Positions 20,101 to 30,145 of a stretch of 64,000 nt of DNA are shown piece by piece. A program made the translations under genes and the position numbers. Each line of letters starts with the position of its first letter. The stretch's first letter is position 1. Under the pieces are notes generated by a model that was given only the letters and a program-made list of their open reading frames with translations, searched no databases and had not been told where the DNA came from. Source of the stretch: Candidatus Porifericomitales bacterium (GTDB lineage: Bacteria; Pseudomonadota; Gammaproteobacteria; CBDEFV01); assembly GCA_965237735.1 (NCBI GenBank), contig CBDEFV010000007.1:399305-463304 (forward strand), in the 5' to 3' direction.

Positions 20101-23100
20101 GACACCTCGACTGTCAGGCGCTGTTCAGACCTGCGGTTGTTCCTGTCAATTTCGGCGGCCTCCAGAGGGGCGACCCTCAGGTCTGTCTGGTCAAACCTGT
20201 AGGTAATGGCGCCGCGGACGTTCGGATCGTCGGTCTCGAGCAGGTTGCTGATCACGAGCGTCAACTCCGTCGAGCCGCCCCGGGGAAGCACGATATCCTC
20301 CACCGTCTCGTCGTTGTCGCCGCGAACCTCGGCGTTCAGCACGGGCTCCTCGCCGGTGAGCAGGGCAATGATGCGGCTGAAGCGGCCGGCAGCTCCTTCG
20401 TCGACGACGCCGGGCCTGTAATCAACGCCCAGCAGGATCCTGCTGTTCCTCGGATCATCGCTCGTGCTGGTGATTCGCAGGGTGCGCGTCACTGTCGCCG
20501 CCTGCCGCTCCTCCCCAGTTGCGGGGCGATAGGTAGCTGGAATTTCAGTCACGACGGTCGCGGTCCTGAGGCTATCATCGGCCGCGAACTGGGCAAGCGC
20601 ATCGACCGGCACATCCGCCTCGGCGACATCCTCGAAGGCGGTCGCCACCGTCGTATCGGGGCCGTCTCCGTCCAGGAGCCTGACGGTGACTGTCCTGCTG
20701 CTGTAGGTCGTAATCAAGGTCGTCGACCCCGGCTCAGCGGGCATGACCACTCTGCCGACAATCCGGGAGACCCGGGTCGCGCGCTCGACGACAACGACTT
20801 CTTCCACCTCGTAGCCGCCGTCGTCCAACTCCAGGGGGTTGCCGACGCTGAGCGTCCAGCTCTCCGCCGAACCGGCGCCCTTCAGCATCACTCTGGAGAT
20901 GACGACCGGCTGTTCCTCGTCGCTGTTAATCCCGATCTCATCATCATAGATGAACGACAGCAAGTGCGCAGTGAAGTCCAGAGAAGCGACGTCCACCAGG
21001 GCGGTCCGTTCGGCTGAGGCGTCATTCGCCAGCCCGACTGTGACACCGACATTCGCCCGCGGCGCCATCACCTCGAACAGCAGGTCGCGCCCGGGGGCCG
21101 CGGAACCGGCGGGGCCGCCGAGGCGGATGGCATTGCCGGCTCCCTCTCCGACAACAGTCAATGTCAGGCTGATACCCCCGAGGATCCTCCCGCTGTCGGC
21201 CAGCGGCGTGCTGTCCCCTGTCAGCGCCACTTCCAGCGGCAGGCGGTTGTCGTTGTCGTTGTCGTTGTCTTCGCCGTTGTCTTCGTTGACAAAAGCGAAG
21301 AACAGATTGCTGTCGAAGTCGAACAGGGCATCAGCGCTGGCGGCCGGGCGGATCTCCGCCGTCGGCCTGACGAAGCTGACGTTGAACTGCAGAGGCACCG
21401 GGTCATTGATTCTGTCCCCCAGGGTTGCACCGCCCGTGGCGTCGACCGTCACACCAATGTTATCGCCTGACTGGATCTCAAGGCGGTCGTCGGTCAAGTT
21501 CACCCTGTCCGAATCAGCCGGGGTGACGCTGAGAGTGAAGCTCGCCTGCTCAAAGTCGCGGAGACCGCCGCTGCGGCGCTCCACCCCCAGGTCAATGGTC
21601 AGGGTGCCGTTGCTGGAAACCCTGATCAGATCTCCCTGACTAACGGGGAGCGCCTGCTCTTGGTCATGGCCCCTGTAGCTCGCGCGAATCCCCGTCGCCG
21701 TATCGCTGTTGTCGTACAGGGTGCCGGCGACCCCGACCGTCAGCTGTTCGGCGCCGACCGCCAGCGGACGCTGCGGCGTCGCCGTGAAGGTCAAATTGAA
21801 GGTGAAGGTACCCGCCGTCAGGGCCTGGTCCCGCCTCAGGGTGACCGGAGTTTCGAAAGCGCCCTCCTCAGGCTCCGTCTGCGAACCCGTGTCCACACGG
21901 ACCCGGGCGCCCAACCCTGGGCCAGCGGCCTCGAGTTCGCTGATGCTGTAGCTGTTGCCGTCTTCGTCCCGCACGACAAAGATCAAATCCATCTCGTCGA
22001 CGTCCGGGCCGAAGTTCAGCGGCGCGTCCAGCGTCAGCGGCCTCTGCCGCTCTGCGTCGGCAGCGGGGAACACCAGCAGGGCCGCCGCCGCCGGCAGGGC
22101 CCGCCTCAGCCTCAGGGTGTAGGTCTCGAAGACGGTTTCATCATTCGACCCCTCCAGAGGATCCACAGAGACCTGGATACGGAACTCGAAGTCAACTCCA
22201 TCCCGCCTCAGCCTCTGCCGATCAACCACAACCTGTTGGCCGGCGACGTTGTCGCCGTCCTCCAGCGCCTCCGGAGCGCCGCTCCCAGTGACATGGAAGA
22301 TGCGCACTTCGGCCCGGTTCTGTACCTTGACCCCATCGACAACAATGTCCCCGGTGGCCGTCGGCACGGCCCTGATGAAGGCTCTGTCGGTGCCGAAAGG
22401 GATGTCGGCGCCGTACTCCAGCACATTGGCGTCAAAGACCGGCCTCAGCGTCGCCATCCGGCCCCCGTCCAGCGCCACCTCCAGAGAACTCAGGCGGGCG
22501 TCAGTGTCGCTGAGCTCGAGGGACAGGGTGCCGCTCTCGCCGTCGTAGTCGCCGCCGGTCGCGCGGTGAACGAGTTGCAGGACCCGGGGGCCGTTGGCCC
22601 CGGTGTCCTCGGCCGCCGAGACGATCACGGTCTGGGGCCGATGCCAGTTCTCCGTCGTGAACATCAGCCTGTCGCTCTGCTCTCCAGCGACACTGAAGCT
22701 CAGGCCCGCATTCTCCAGCGAACCCGGGTAGCCGTCAGGAGTGACGACGGCGATCTCCAGGTTCACGGTGAGCGTCGGCGAGGAAGCCAGCCGTACACTG
22801 TACTCGCTGCCCCTGCCCTCCAGCACTCTCAGCAACGCCGGCGCAAAGAGCAGGCCGCGCTCATCGTCGTCGAGGATGCCCAGGCTCAGCACCGGGGCCT
22901 CGGCATCGGCGCTGAGCGGCGTCTGGGCAATGACGTTGATGGCACCAACCTGCAGATGTTCGGTCCCCTCGGCGATCCGGTCCTGCAGCAGCTGCAACTC
23001 CACCGCCGTCTCCACCGCCGCCTGGCCCGCCGGGATCAACAGAGTCGGAGGCTCAAGGAGATAGTCCACCCCAGCCTCGGCGAGCGCATCGGTTCCCTCC

Positions 23101-26100
23101 CCGGCAATGACCAGCTCCACCACGACAGCCTCGAAGTAGGGCACGTCCAGTTCTGCCCGGATGCTCAGCCGCACCCGGCCTTCGCCTTCACCGACCTCGA
23201 GGGTGCTGGTGTATTCCGCCCCGTCTCTCGACAGGGTCAGCCTGTAGTGCTGCGGCGGCTCTTCGTCGTCGAGGACGCTCAGGACGACCGGCTCCAGCGG
23301 CTGTCGCTCGTGCAGCAGATGGTAGACGGGGTCTCCGCCGTCCGGGAACTCGCTGCTGACCCTGTGGTCGATGCGCACCACGCGGGTGCCTGAATAATAG
23401 TCGTTGCCGATCGCATTGACCCGCACCGTCTGCGTCTGATTCCAGTCGTCCTCCGCGAAGCTCAGGAAGGGCACATTTTCCCTGAGAAGCCCATTCCGGC
23501 CGCTCACCCGATCCAGGCGAATCGCCTGCCGACCCGCAGTGACTGCCAGCGTCACCGTCACTTCGGCCGTCGGCCGGGAAGTCAGCACCACTTCGTAGGT
23601 CGTGGAGGCGTTTTCCGGCACAGTCCTCTGCCCGGCCGCGGAGATGAGGATGCCGGCCTCGTCGTCGTCCACGACGGTCAGGCCGAATCCCAGGTTTTGC
23701 TCGCTGCCGTAACGATGGGCCCCTCCCTGATTGCTTCCCGCCTCGAGCAGCAGCCGGTAATTCCTGTTCCCTTCAGCCACGGAGTTGTCCGACGCCCCGA
23801 TCGACAGCTCCCGGGGCGACATCCAGTTGTCCGCGTCAAAGATCAGCGCCGGCGACACAAGAAGCTCCCCGGCGCCCTCGGGGACAGCGATGCCGACACT
23901 CACCTGCTCGCCCGGATGCGGCTCGGAATTGAGCCTCACCGTAAAGGAAACCCTTTCGCCTTCGGACACGGACCGAGCCGCGACCGCCCCCGGATAGACG
24001 CCGTCGATCCAGAGGCCGCGCTCGTCGTCGTCGAGGATGCTGATGCTGTGAGAAAGCGGCGACAGCTGAAGGCCGGAAGCGGTGCTGTAGACGAGACTGA
24101 AGTCCTCGTCTCCCCCGGCCACTTCATCGTCTGTCAGACTCAGGGTCAGGGTCAGAAGCCGCATCGCCGCCCCCGCCTCAATGGTCAGCCGCTGCGGCAG
24201 CGCCGGCACAAAGGAGTAGTCCTCACCCCCGGTCGCGCTGCCCTGCTGCAGTTCCAGATCGATCACCACCGCCGTATCCGTGACCGCCCCATTCAACCGC
24301 GCCTCGACCGTCCATTCCACAACCCCGCCTGCTTCGCCCAGCTGCAGATTATCCGGCAAGCCCCTGAGGATGATATCGACGCGGGTTGACGGCCGATCGT
24401 CGTCCTCAATCCTGAGCGCAAGGACGGCGCTCTCGACACTGTAGCCGCCGGCCGGCGCGGCCACGCTGTGGCGGATCTCCAGCTCGTGATTGTCCGGGTC
24501 GCTGTCGTCAAGGGCGGTGACGGTCACAACCCTGCCCTCAGTCGCAGACCAGCCGTCCTCGCTGAAGGTCAGCGAGGACGGCGAGACGGAGACGCGGCCG
24601 GCCAGAGCCCCGTCAAACTCCAGGGCAATCCCCACATCGCCGGTCGGCCGCGAACTCAGGTTGACCCTGTATTCATAGCTCCCGCCTTCCCTCAATCTCT
24701 GCGGCCTGCCCGGCTCCGGCTCCGGCTCAATGACCAGACCGCGCTGATCGTCGTCGATGATCGTCACCACCGGGGTCCGCACCTCAGCAATGCTGAAGCT
24801 GGACGCGCCAGCTAAGAACGACAAGGCTTCCGTCTCCTCGGCGTAATCATCGTCCACCACAGACAACAGGACGAGCGCCTCGGTCACGGCCTCGCCGGGG
24901 AGAAAATCCAGCTCCAGCGGCGGAACAGAGAAATCGACGCCGGCAGAAGCCGCGCCATGGTTTTCACTGAGCCCACGGCCATCCAAGGTCACCCGGAAGA
25001 CACCGAAATAGGCCACGTCCAGCTCCGCCCTGACTCCCAGCTGAACCTCGCCATCGTCCTCCCGAAGTTCGATGGAATCGGTGTACTCGGAGCCGTCCCG
25101 CGACAGGGTCACCACCAGCCGCTGCGGCGGACCCTCGTCGTCGGCAACGCTCAGCTCGACCGAGGGAAGTCCGCTCAAGGCCGCGTAGCTGCCGTCTTCG
25201 CTGCTGAGGCTGTGCTCGATGCGCACCACGCGGGTGCCTGAGTAATGGTTGTTGTCCAAGGCCTGGACCTGCACCGTCTGCGTCTGATTCCACCGACCCG
25301 GCGCGAACTCCAGCGCCGCCACCCCAGCGGTCAGAATACGGTTGCTCCCGTCCACCCTGTCCAGCCGGACAGCGCCCTGACCCTCAGCGATGAGCAGCGA
25401 CACCCTGACCGTGGACATCGGCTGCGAACTCAGGGCCACCCTGTAGCTGGTGGCGGCGGAGCCGGCCAGAGGGTCGCCGGAGGGGCTCTCAAGCAGCAGC
25501 CGGTTGCCCTCATCGGGCCCGACGATGAGGACCCCGGCCTCGTCGTCATCCTCCAGCTGCAGGCTGAAACAACAGTTCGCAAAATTATAATTACCGGCAC
25601 CCGCGCTGATGACATCGAGGCCGAGCAGGTAATTCCTGGTGCCCCGGTCGATGTCGTCGTCCGGCACCCGGATGGCCAGCACCTGGGCGATGTCCCAGTT
25701 CTCGGGCTTGAACCTGAGGGGGAGCACCGGCGACGTCTCCAGGCGGTCGGGCGGCCCTTCAGGCACAATACCATTCCGAAAGGTGTTCACATTCACAGTG
25801 TCCGTCGGCCGCGAACCCAGGCGCATCGTCAGGGTGATGACGTCGTCCTCCACCCCTTCTCTCAGCCTCAGGGCGCCCCCCTCGATCTCAAATTCAAAGG
25901 GCGGAATCCCGGCGTGCGGGCGGAGCAGAACCTCAGGCAGCAAACCCTCCCCCGGAGCCGTGCCGCTCACCCTGAGGCCGATCTCGTCGCTGCTGAGGAT
26001 AGCGATCTCTCTCTCAATCAGCCGTTGACCCTCCTCGGCTTCGGCAAACTTCAGGAGCAGGCCGGAATCGGTCTCGGCACGGAACAGGAAAGATTCCTGT

Positions 26101-29100
26101 TCTTCGATCAGGCCGTCCCTTAAGATATCCAGCTCCAGCTGCAGCGAAACCGTCAAAGAACCTGCCGCTATCGTCAGGGCTCCGATGTCGAGGACCCTGT
26201 AGTCCTGACCCGCCATTGCGCTGCCGCCTGCAAAGGACAGCCGCACCACCGTGTCCTCCAGCCGCGCCGCGTCGTTCAGCCGGGCCACTACCCCCAGGGT
26301 CAGCGTCCCGCCTTCAGGCACCGCCAGCCCCGGCTCTGCGGACAAGCTGAGAATCACGGCATCCGACGGCTGGTCGTTGTCCTCAATGATCAGGGTCGTG
26401 GAGCCCAGCATGAAGCCGTGGTAATCCGTGTTGACGAAGCGGTAGCCGATGATCACCTCCTCCGACAGGGCGTCGGCGTCCTCCGGCGCTGTCAGGGTCA
26501 GCCTGTGAGGCTTGCTGTAAAAGTCGGGTCTAAAGGTAACTTCCGAAAAGAGCAGCCGCTGCGGGCTCAGCAGGATGTCGGCGACGTCTGCATCGCGATC
26601 GTCCCCCCGGACCACCAGCATCAGACTTAGCTCCTCTCGGCGGCCGAACAAAAACGGCTGCGAATCCAGCCTGAGATCGTACGAGACGGCACCGCCTTCC
26701 GCCACCCTCAGGGTGGCGGTCGGGAGAATGCGGCGGCCGCCGCTGCTGAAGCTGAGCCCGCGGCGGTCCCTGTCTCTCTCTTCCATGGAGAAGGCCCGTA
26801 CGTAGTTGCCCAGGACGGGGACCGAGGCGGGGGCCAACCGATGGTAATCCGGATCAGTGCTGTCGGTGCGATAGTAAAAGTCGAAAATATTGTCGAATGC
26901 GTCCAAGTCAGAAAAGAGAAATATCGTCACCATGCCGCTCTGCCACTGAACCATACTGAAGGAATGAATGCCACCAGTGCCACCCAAAATTTGAATACCT
27001 TCGCCGGTGATAGGAGAGTGTAGAATAGCCTCTACCTCAGCAGCCGGTTGCGAGGCCAGCGCCATGAAAAGATGGAAACGTTCCATCTCCCCCGGCTCCG
27101 GCTCCGTCACCCACACAGTCGTGGTCGGGAACAGGGGGATGCGCTCGCCCGTGACCTGCCCGAGGCCCCCGATCTCCAGGGTGCCGCTGGCGTAGAACAG
27201 GACCCCGGGGCTGTCGTTCTCCCGATCCGTCACCCCGACGATCCCGTCGGCAAGAGCGAGACCCTCCAGGCTGTGGACAATCCTCGCCCGGCCCGACCGG
27301 GCGTCGTCGTCCTCGGCCGCGCTGACGACCAGGATCCGGGGCCGATTCCAGTTGCTTTGCGTGAACCTCAGCGTCAGGCTGGTGGCCGCCGCCGTCGGCT
27401 CTGCCGCCGTCGCCAGCCGGATGTCGTTGTTGCGGACGCCGTTGGCGGCCGTGGCCGCCTCCACCTGCAGCACGACCGTCAAGGAGTCGGTCGGCCGAGA
27501 AGCCAGTGCCAGTCCGTAGGAGACGCCCGGGCCGCCTTCCGCTACCTGCAACTCCTCCCGTGAAAAGACGAAGCCCTGGTCGTCGTTGTAATCAATCGTC
27601 ACCCGGGCCTGGGCTTTGCCCTGCCCGGGGACGCCCCCCGAAGCCTCCGCCAGGATGAAAAAGTCTGAGCTCCCCTTGACGATGCCATCGTCGATCACGG
27701 TCAACTCCACGGTTGCAGTGCCAGACAGCCGCAATGCCGGAATGCTCAGGCGCGGACTGGCCGGCACCACGAAGTAGTCGTACGGGTTGACCGGCGCCTC
27801 GGCATTACAGGCCCCGTTGGCGTCGCAGGGCCCGAACGACAGGGCCAACTCAAGAGGCTCAGCAAGCGGCCCGCTCAGCGTAGCTACGATTTCCAGATCA
27901 AAGCGGCCGCGATCGTCATCAATACGAAGATTGTTCACATGGGCCTCGCCCGAGGCCGACGAACCCGGGATGGTCAGAAGCAGAGGCAGAAAAACGGGAG
28001 CAGGCTCGTTATCGCCAATCGTCAGCGTCATGCTCGTCGCACCGTAACCGTAATTCGATGCATCGTACACGATAACCATTTCCGGGTTCGGGCCAAAATA
28101 GTCGTTATCATTCAGGCGGACCGTCACTGCCTGCCTGACATCCCAGTTGCCCGGCGTGAATGTCAGAGGCTCTGTCACTGCAGCTGCATTGGCAATGACA
28201 GCGCTGCCGTCGCCAACGACCAAGCCGCCGTCGGCCGGGATCCCGTAAAAAAGCACCTGGAGTTCCACATCTTCGCTTGGCTGTGAATTCAGCGCCACAA
28301 AATACTCGACAGTTCCCCCTTCATCCACTGTCAACGTCTCCGTTCTCCGCCCGGCTGCAGCCGTGTCGAACAGATTGATGCCGGGTCCTTCCTCGTTGTC
28401 GAGGATCCTCAGGCGGGCATCGGGAGTCGACACCCTCAGGTTCGCCGGCGACCCCTCCGCCAAACTCAGGAAGATGAGCAGATCCTCGTCCCCTTCGAAG
28501 ATTGCGTCGTTCACCACATCCAGAATGAATCTTGCGCAAACCACTCGGTCATTCTGCTGAAAGACCAGCACCCGCTCAGAGCTGTCTGACAACACATAAT
28601 CATCGGGCGAGACGGCGCTGTCATCCGACAAACTGATAAAAAGCGTCGCCCCGCCTTCCCTCGGGTATCCTCCGGGGTGGCTCACAACTGCGACGCATAT
28701 CTTTCTGAATCCAATATCCTCCTCATCGCCCTCCTCAAAGGGGGGAACTATGGTGTCGTCAAACGCGCCGCTTTCGACGCCTTGGATAGCAAATACGACG
28801 GGCTCGTCGTCGTCGAGGATCGTGTAGATTAATCTTTTGCCAAGAAGAATCACCGTCCTCCCGAAGGCGTTGTTGATGCTCACTAAAATCAGGAACAGCT
28901 CATCAGCTTCTTCTGTTCGGTCCTCAATTGTTCTCACCTGAAAGTTTTGACAGGGCCTCGCCGTAGGCATCCGCAATTCAAAAGTTAGGGACGGCTCGAT
29001 GTTTTCAATATAATCGTTGCCCGTGCTGGCAAAGGCTCTGCCGCTGCCGTCGTCGGCTGGCGCATCTAGATGAAACCTAGAGAGCTGTTCCGTCACCACA

Positions 29101-29366
29101 TCCAGATCTATCCTGACCGGGAATTCAATTCCCTCGGGTTGACCCACGACCTCGATGCACACCGGCACCTGAGCCGTCTCTCCTTCGCTCACCGAAGCCG
29201 TCTCGGGGGGCAGCACCCTGAGGGTGAGGGTCGGCTGCTGCTGCTCCTGAGCCGAGGCGGGGAGGACGGTGATGAGGGCGGCGGCCAGCAGAACGGCGGC
29301 GGCGGCGATTCGCCGGGACCAGATCGTCAGTGGGGGGTCCGTCAGCGGGGTCGTCAGCGGCGGCAT
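17151..29366 (-). CDS. Giant secreted/surface Calx-beta repeat protein B (~4070 aa), paralogue of A, with Sec signal peptide and GlyGly-CTERM-like tail
   Basis: 12.2-kb ORF. The in-frame extension to 29843 (MTARQ...) is probably untranslated leader. Likely start is MPPLTTPLTDPPLTIWSRRIAAAAVLLAAALITVLPASA/QEQQQ. Calx-beta-like repeats throughout. C-terminus is GGGGGGGGSGLLWLFLAAPAALVTLRRRRPALHGCRQQ. Patchy ~50-70% identity to A along the whole length. Confidence 0.85.
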   Translation of the reverse strand: MPPLTTPLTDPPLTIWSRRIAAAAVLLAAALITVLPASAQEQQQPTLTLRVLPPETASVSEGETAQVPVCIEVVGQPEGIEFPVRIDLDVVTEQLSRFHLDAPADDGSGRAFASTGNDYIENIEPSLTFELRMPTARPCQNFQVRTIEDRTEEADELFLILVSINNAFGRTVILLGKRLIYTILDDDEPVVFAIQGVESGAFDDTIVPPFEEGDEEDIGFRKICVAVVSHPGGYPREGGATLFISLSDDSAVSPDDYVLSDSSERVLVFQQNDRVVCARFILDVVNDAIFEGDEDLLIFLSLAEGSPANLRVSTPDARLRILDNEEGPGINLFDTAAAGRRTETLTVDEGGTVEYFVALNSQPSEDVELQVLFYGIPADGGLVVGDGSAVIANAAAVTEPLTFTPGNWDVRQAVTVRLNDNDYFGPNPEMVIVYDASNYGYGATSMTLTIGDNEPAPVFLPLLLTIPGSSASGEAHVNNLRIDDDRGRFDLEIVATLSGPLAEPLELALSFGPCDANGACNAEAPVNPYDYFVVPASPRLSIPALRLSGTATVELTVIDDGIVKGSSDFFILAEASGGVPGQGKAQARVTIDYNDDQGFVFSREELQVAEGGPGVSYGLALASRPTDSLTVVLQVEAATAANGVRNNDIRLATAAEPTAAATSLTLRFTQSNWNRPRILVVSAAEDDDARSGRARIVHSLEGLALADGIVGVTDRENDSPGVLFYASGTLEIGGLGQVTGERIPLFPTTTVWVTEPEPGEMERFHLFMALASQPAAEVEAILHSPITGEGIQILGGTGGIHSFSMVQWQSGMVTIFLFSDLDAFDNIFDFYYRTDSTDPDYHRLAPASVPVLGNYVRAFSMEERDRDRRGLSFSSGGRRILPTATLRVAEGGAVSYDLRLDSQPFLFGRREELSLMLVVRGDDRDADVADILLSPQRLLFSEVTFRPDFYSKPHRLTLTAPEDADALSEEVIIGYRFVNTDYHGFMLGSTTLIIEDNDQPSDAVILSLSAEPGLAVPEGGTLTLGVVARLNDAARLEDTVVRLSFAGGSAMAGQDYRVLDIGALTIAAGSLTVSLQLELDILRDGLIEEQESFLFRAETDSGLLLKFAEAEEGQRLIEREIAILSSDEIGLRVSGTAPGEGLLPEVLLRPHAGIPPFEFEIEGGALRLREGVEDDVITLTMRLGSRPTDTVNVNTFRNGIVPEGPPDRLETSPVLPLRFKPENWDIAQVLAIRVPDDDIDRGTRNYLLGLDVISAGAGNYNFANCCFSLQLEDDDEAGVLIVGPDEGNRLLLESPSGDPLAGSAATSYRVALSSQPMSTVRVSLLIAEGQGAVRLDRVDGSNRILTAGVAALEFAPGRWNQTQTVQVQALDNNHYSGTRVVRIEHSLSSEDGSYAALSGLPSVELSVADDEGPPQRLVVTLSRDGSEYTDSIELREDDGEVQLGVRAELDVAYFGVFRVTLDGRGLSENHGAASAGVDFSVPPLELDFLPGEAVTEALVLLSVVDDDYAEETEALSFLAGASSFSIAEVRTPVVTIIDDDQRGLVIEPEPEPGRPQRLREGGSYEYRVNLSSRPTGDVGIALEFDGALAGRVSVSPSSLTFSEDGWSATEGRVVTVTALDDSDPDNHELEIRHSVAAPAGGYSVESAVLALRIEDDDRPSTRVDIILRGLPDNLQLGEAGGVVEWTVEARLNGAVTDTAVVIDLELQQGSATGGEDYSFVPALPQRLTIEAGAAMRLLTLTLSLTDDEVAGGDEDFSLVYSTASGLQLSPLSHSISILDDDERGLWIDGVYPGAVAARSVSEGERVSFTVRLNSEPHPGEQVSVGIAVPEGAGELLVSPALIFDADNWMSPRELSIGASDNSVAEGNRNYRLLLEAGSNQGGAHRYGSEQNLGFGLTVVDDDEAGILISAAGQRTVPENASTTYEVVLTSRPTAEVTVTLAVTAGRQAIRLDRVSGRNGLLRENVPFLSFAEDDWNQTQTVRVNAIGNDYYSGTRVVRIDHRVSSEFPDGGDPVYHLLHERQPLEPVVLSVLDDEEPPQHYRLTLSRDGAEYTSTLEVGEGEGRVRLSIRAELDVPYFEAVVVELVIAGEGTDALAEAGVDYLLEPPTLLIPAGQAAVETAVELQLLQDRIAEGTEHLQVGAINVIAQTPLSADAEAPVLSLGILDDDERGLLFAPALLRVLEGRGSEYSVRLASSPTLTVNLEIAVVTPDGYPGSLENAGLSFSVAGEQSDRLMFTTENWHRPQTVIVSAAEDTGANGPRVLQLVHRATGGDYDGESGTLSLELSDTDARLSSLEVALDGGRMATLRPVFDANVLEYGADIPFGTDRAFIRAVPTATGDIVVDGVKVQNRAEVRIFHVTGSGAPEALEDGDNVAGQQVVVDRQRLRRDGVDFEFRIQVSVDPLEGSNDETVFETYTLRLRRALPAAAALLVFPAADAERQRPLTLDAPLNFGPDVDEMDLIFVVRDEDGNSYSISELEAAGPGLGARVRVDTGSQTEPEEGAFETPVTLRRDQALTAGTFTFNLTFTATPQRPLAVGAEQLTVGVAGTLYDNSDTATGIRASYRGHDQEQALPVSQGDLIRVSSNGTLTIDLGVERRSGGLRDFEQASFTLSVTPADSDRVNLTDDRLEIQSGDNIGVTVDATGGATLGDRINDPVPLQFNVSFVRPTAEIRPAASADALFDFDSNLFFAFVNEDNGEDNDNDNDNRLPLEVALTGDSTPLADSGRILGGISLTLTVVGEGAGNAIRLGGPAGSAAPGRDLLFEVMAPRANVGVTVGLANDASAERTALVDVASLDFTAHLLSFIYDDEIGINSDEEQPVVISRVMLKGAGSAESWTLSVGNPLELDDGGYEVEEVVVVERATRVSRIVGRVVMPAEPGSTTLITTYSSRTVTVRLLDGDGPDTTVATAFEDVAEADVPVDALAQFAADDSLRTATVVTEIPATYRPATGEERQAATVTRTLRITSTSDDPRNSRILLGVDYRPGVVDEGAAGRFSRIIALLTGEEPVLNAEVRGDNDETVEDIVLPRGGSTELTLVISNLLETDDPNVRGAITYRFDQTDLRVAPLEAAEIDRNNRRSEQRLTVEVSESADRAGYPVSIDVRLGGRSARAEFRIDINDAPEYVGETRLTVKEDGDAAAGGIQAYVLTVHDPDGGLMELSPDDLMLEAVLGDNNSEPFTFGTGVQELVPYFSLASGSVERRDLAGGANELFVTLTLTGRLATPFGSVVELRLSGATDGYDVLNQRLLVQVEDVAPTFMLATTTVTVFADQREVVLKLDEFSDGRRGATPGDQLPVVVVQHAPDDLVVRFDREQRQVTLIRLNDSQDDEDEQITLVVVDSQGGRTEVTLNIERPSLLPQILPPSPLLVVAGDDNPVVRELSFTEATDLEVIWTASGHEDLNAVVETLDDGSGRVAVSALLAVAGRAFMLELTATSADGMQRTAELPVVVVAPAPRPRLQLSLKAADPADPTTAGSTVSSFLLTDTLFVEATLAGQLPQQIEVGSVTTFTLSIARLGPDGEPIATATVEWELTTTVEVNADLRVGLALMTASATGLQGLDVADGQVVEISISHFFGSGVIEGDRLRLPVVDLRDSAEPLDAFIDTDNDGLVDAAGDEVDPAILGPIEAAVAAVTDAGVEVQDDELSLSLGNLARSLNLGQCGGVTLALMVAMDGTVAGLSGCGDALLTDFENLDTAEAVTQALSAGGFGGGAGDYLIVDLSIRFDSSETEANELVLINLPPHPGEHLSYEVYRLVEATWVPVIDAGLPGGAGGAGALEGVADCDTCFYGVDDDRDGSVELLLLLRSVEEPLNLEVGEEFRDRRLELDAGADGTVIPLSGLRPGLTPVVTGSDNVEGEFSNTVAAGPALILTGSKRTLGGPEEVLVELFDDDGGAAVASFTLQVGVRNQPPVITFELDGEETTTISLEPNTETVVRVIITDPDGDDSFRLELAKPGDDEIARLVSRAMPSVNDPAVFVVEHRLVLTPGAARSPFRLRVRATDLTDPDDDGGTLSERLTVCVLNEDGKCPAASRSSGGGGGGGGSGLLWLFLAAPAALVTLRRRRPALHGCRQQ

Positions 29367-29906
29367 CAGGGCCGGAATTGGGGCCGGAATCCGGCCCGAT
29401 GGCAGACCTCTGTACGCTGCGGGCTGCCGCCGATGGCCGCGACTGCCCGGCCCGCCCGGCCCGCTCAAACCGGGCGGCAGCGCTAACCGCCGGCTGGGCC
29501 GCCCATCTGTGCAGAATCCCGCCGGCGCCGGGTGAACAGGGGCCTGCGAGGCAAGCCCCCCTTTAAGGAGGGCGCGATGCGGCGGCTGCCGCCGCAGAGA
29601 CGGCCCCAGGGTTGCAATCAACGCAGACAACAGGCCCCCCCGCCTTCTCGCCGCCGCTGAGGCGGCCGATGGCCCGGCTTGCCCGGTTGCGCTGCCGCTC
29701 GTCCTGGTGCTGCTGAACATCTGGAAAACTCCCCGATCGTGGCTGAATGATAGAGCTTGAAAGAGGCCCCGCCGCCTGCAGAAGCGCTCCCCGGCCGCAA
29801 AACGCTGACACCGGGAGAGAGGCGGAACCTGCCTTGCCGTCAATTATAGCACAGGGAGCGCCGGCGACGCAAATTCAAGAAGCGGTCAGGGCGAGGGCGC
29901 GGCAGG
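29225..29906. repeat. Right arm of large inverted repeat (IR-R), mirror of 2829-3510
   Basis: Reverse complement of IR-L, including the promoter-like TATAAT (attata at 29846-29851) and the leader. Has C6-7 where IR-L has G22. Confidence 0.85.
29838..29868 (-). promoter_or_regulatory. Mirrored sigma70-like promoter for gene B inside IR-R
   Basis: Reverse complement of the TTGCGT-N18-TATAAT element. The MTARQ ATG at 29843 would lie upstream of the predicted transcription start, which argues for a later start for gene B. Confidence 0.35.
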
Positions 29907-30094
29907 CAGTTATCAGCAAGGAAACGCCGCCACTGCCAGGCTGACAGGGGACGCCACCTCGATCAATCCGCCGGCGGCGCCGACCCACAGACACAGCAGC
30001 AGAGCGAGAGCAAGGCCGACCAGCGGATAGAAGGGAAGGGACAGGCCGATCCCGGCCGGCGCCGCCGGCAACGGCAGCACCCTGAGAAATTTCG

Positions 30095-30145
30095 CCGCCG
30101 GATTGACTTCCACCGGGCGCTGTTCGCCTCGCTGCAGGACTTTCT
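30095..30145 (+). repeat. Inverted ~45-bp copy of the alpha/beta-hydrolase 3' end
   Basis: cttccaccgggcgctgttcgcctcgctgcaggactttctccggcagcagtaatc is the sense-strand 3' end of the hydrolase gene, read here on the + strand. The same segment lies on the - strand at 30464-30512. Confidence 0.75.
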
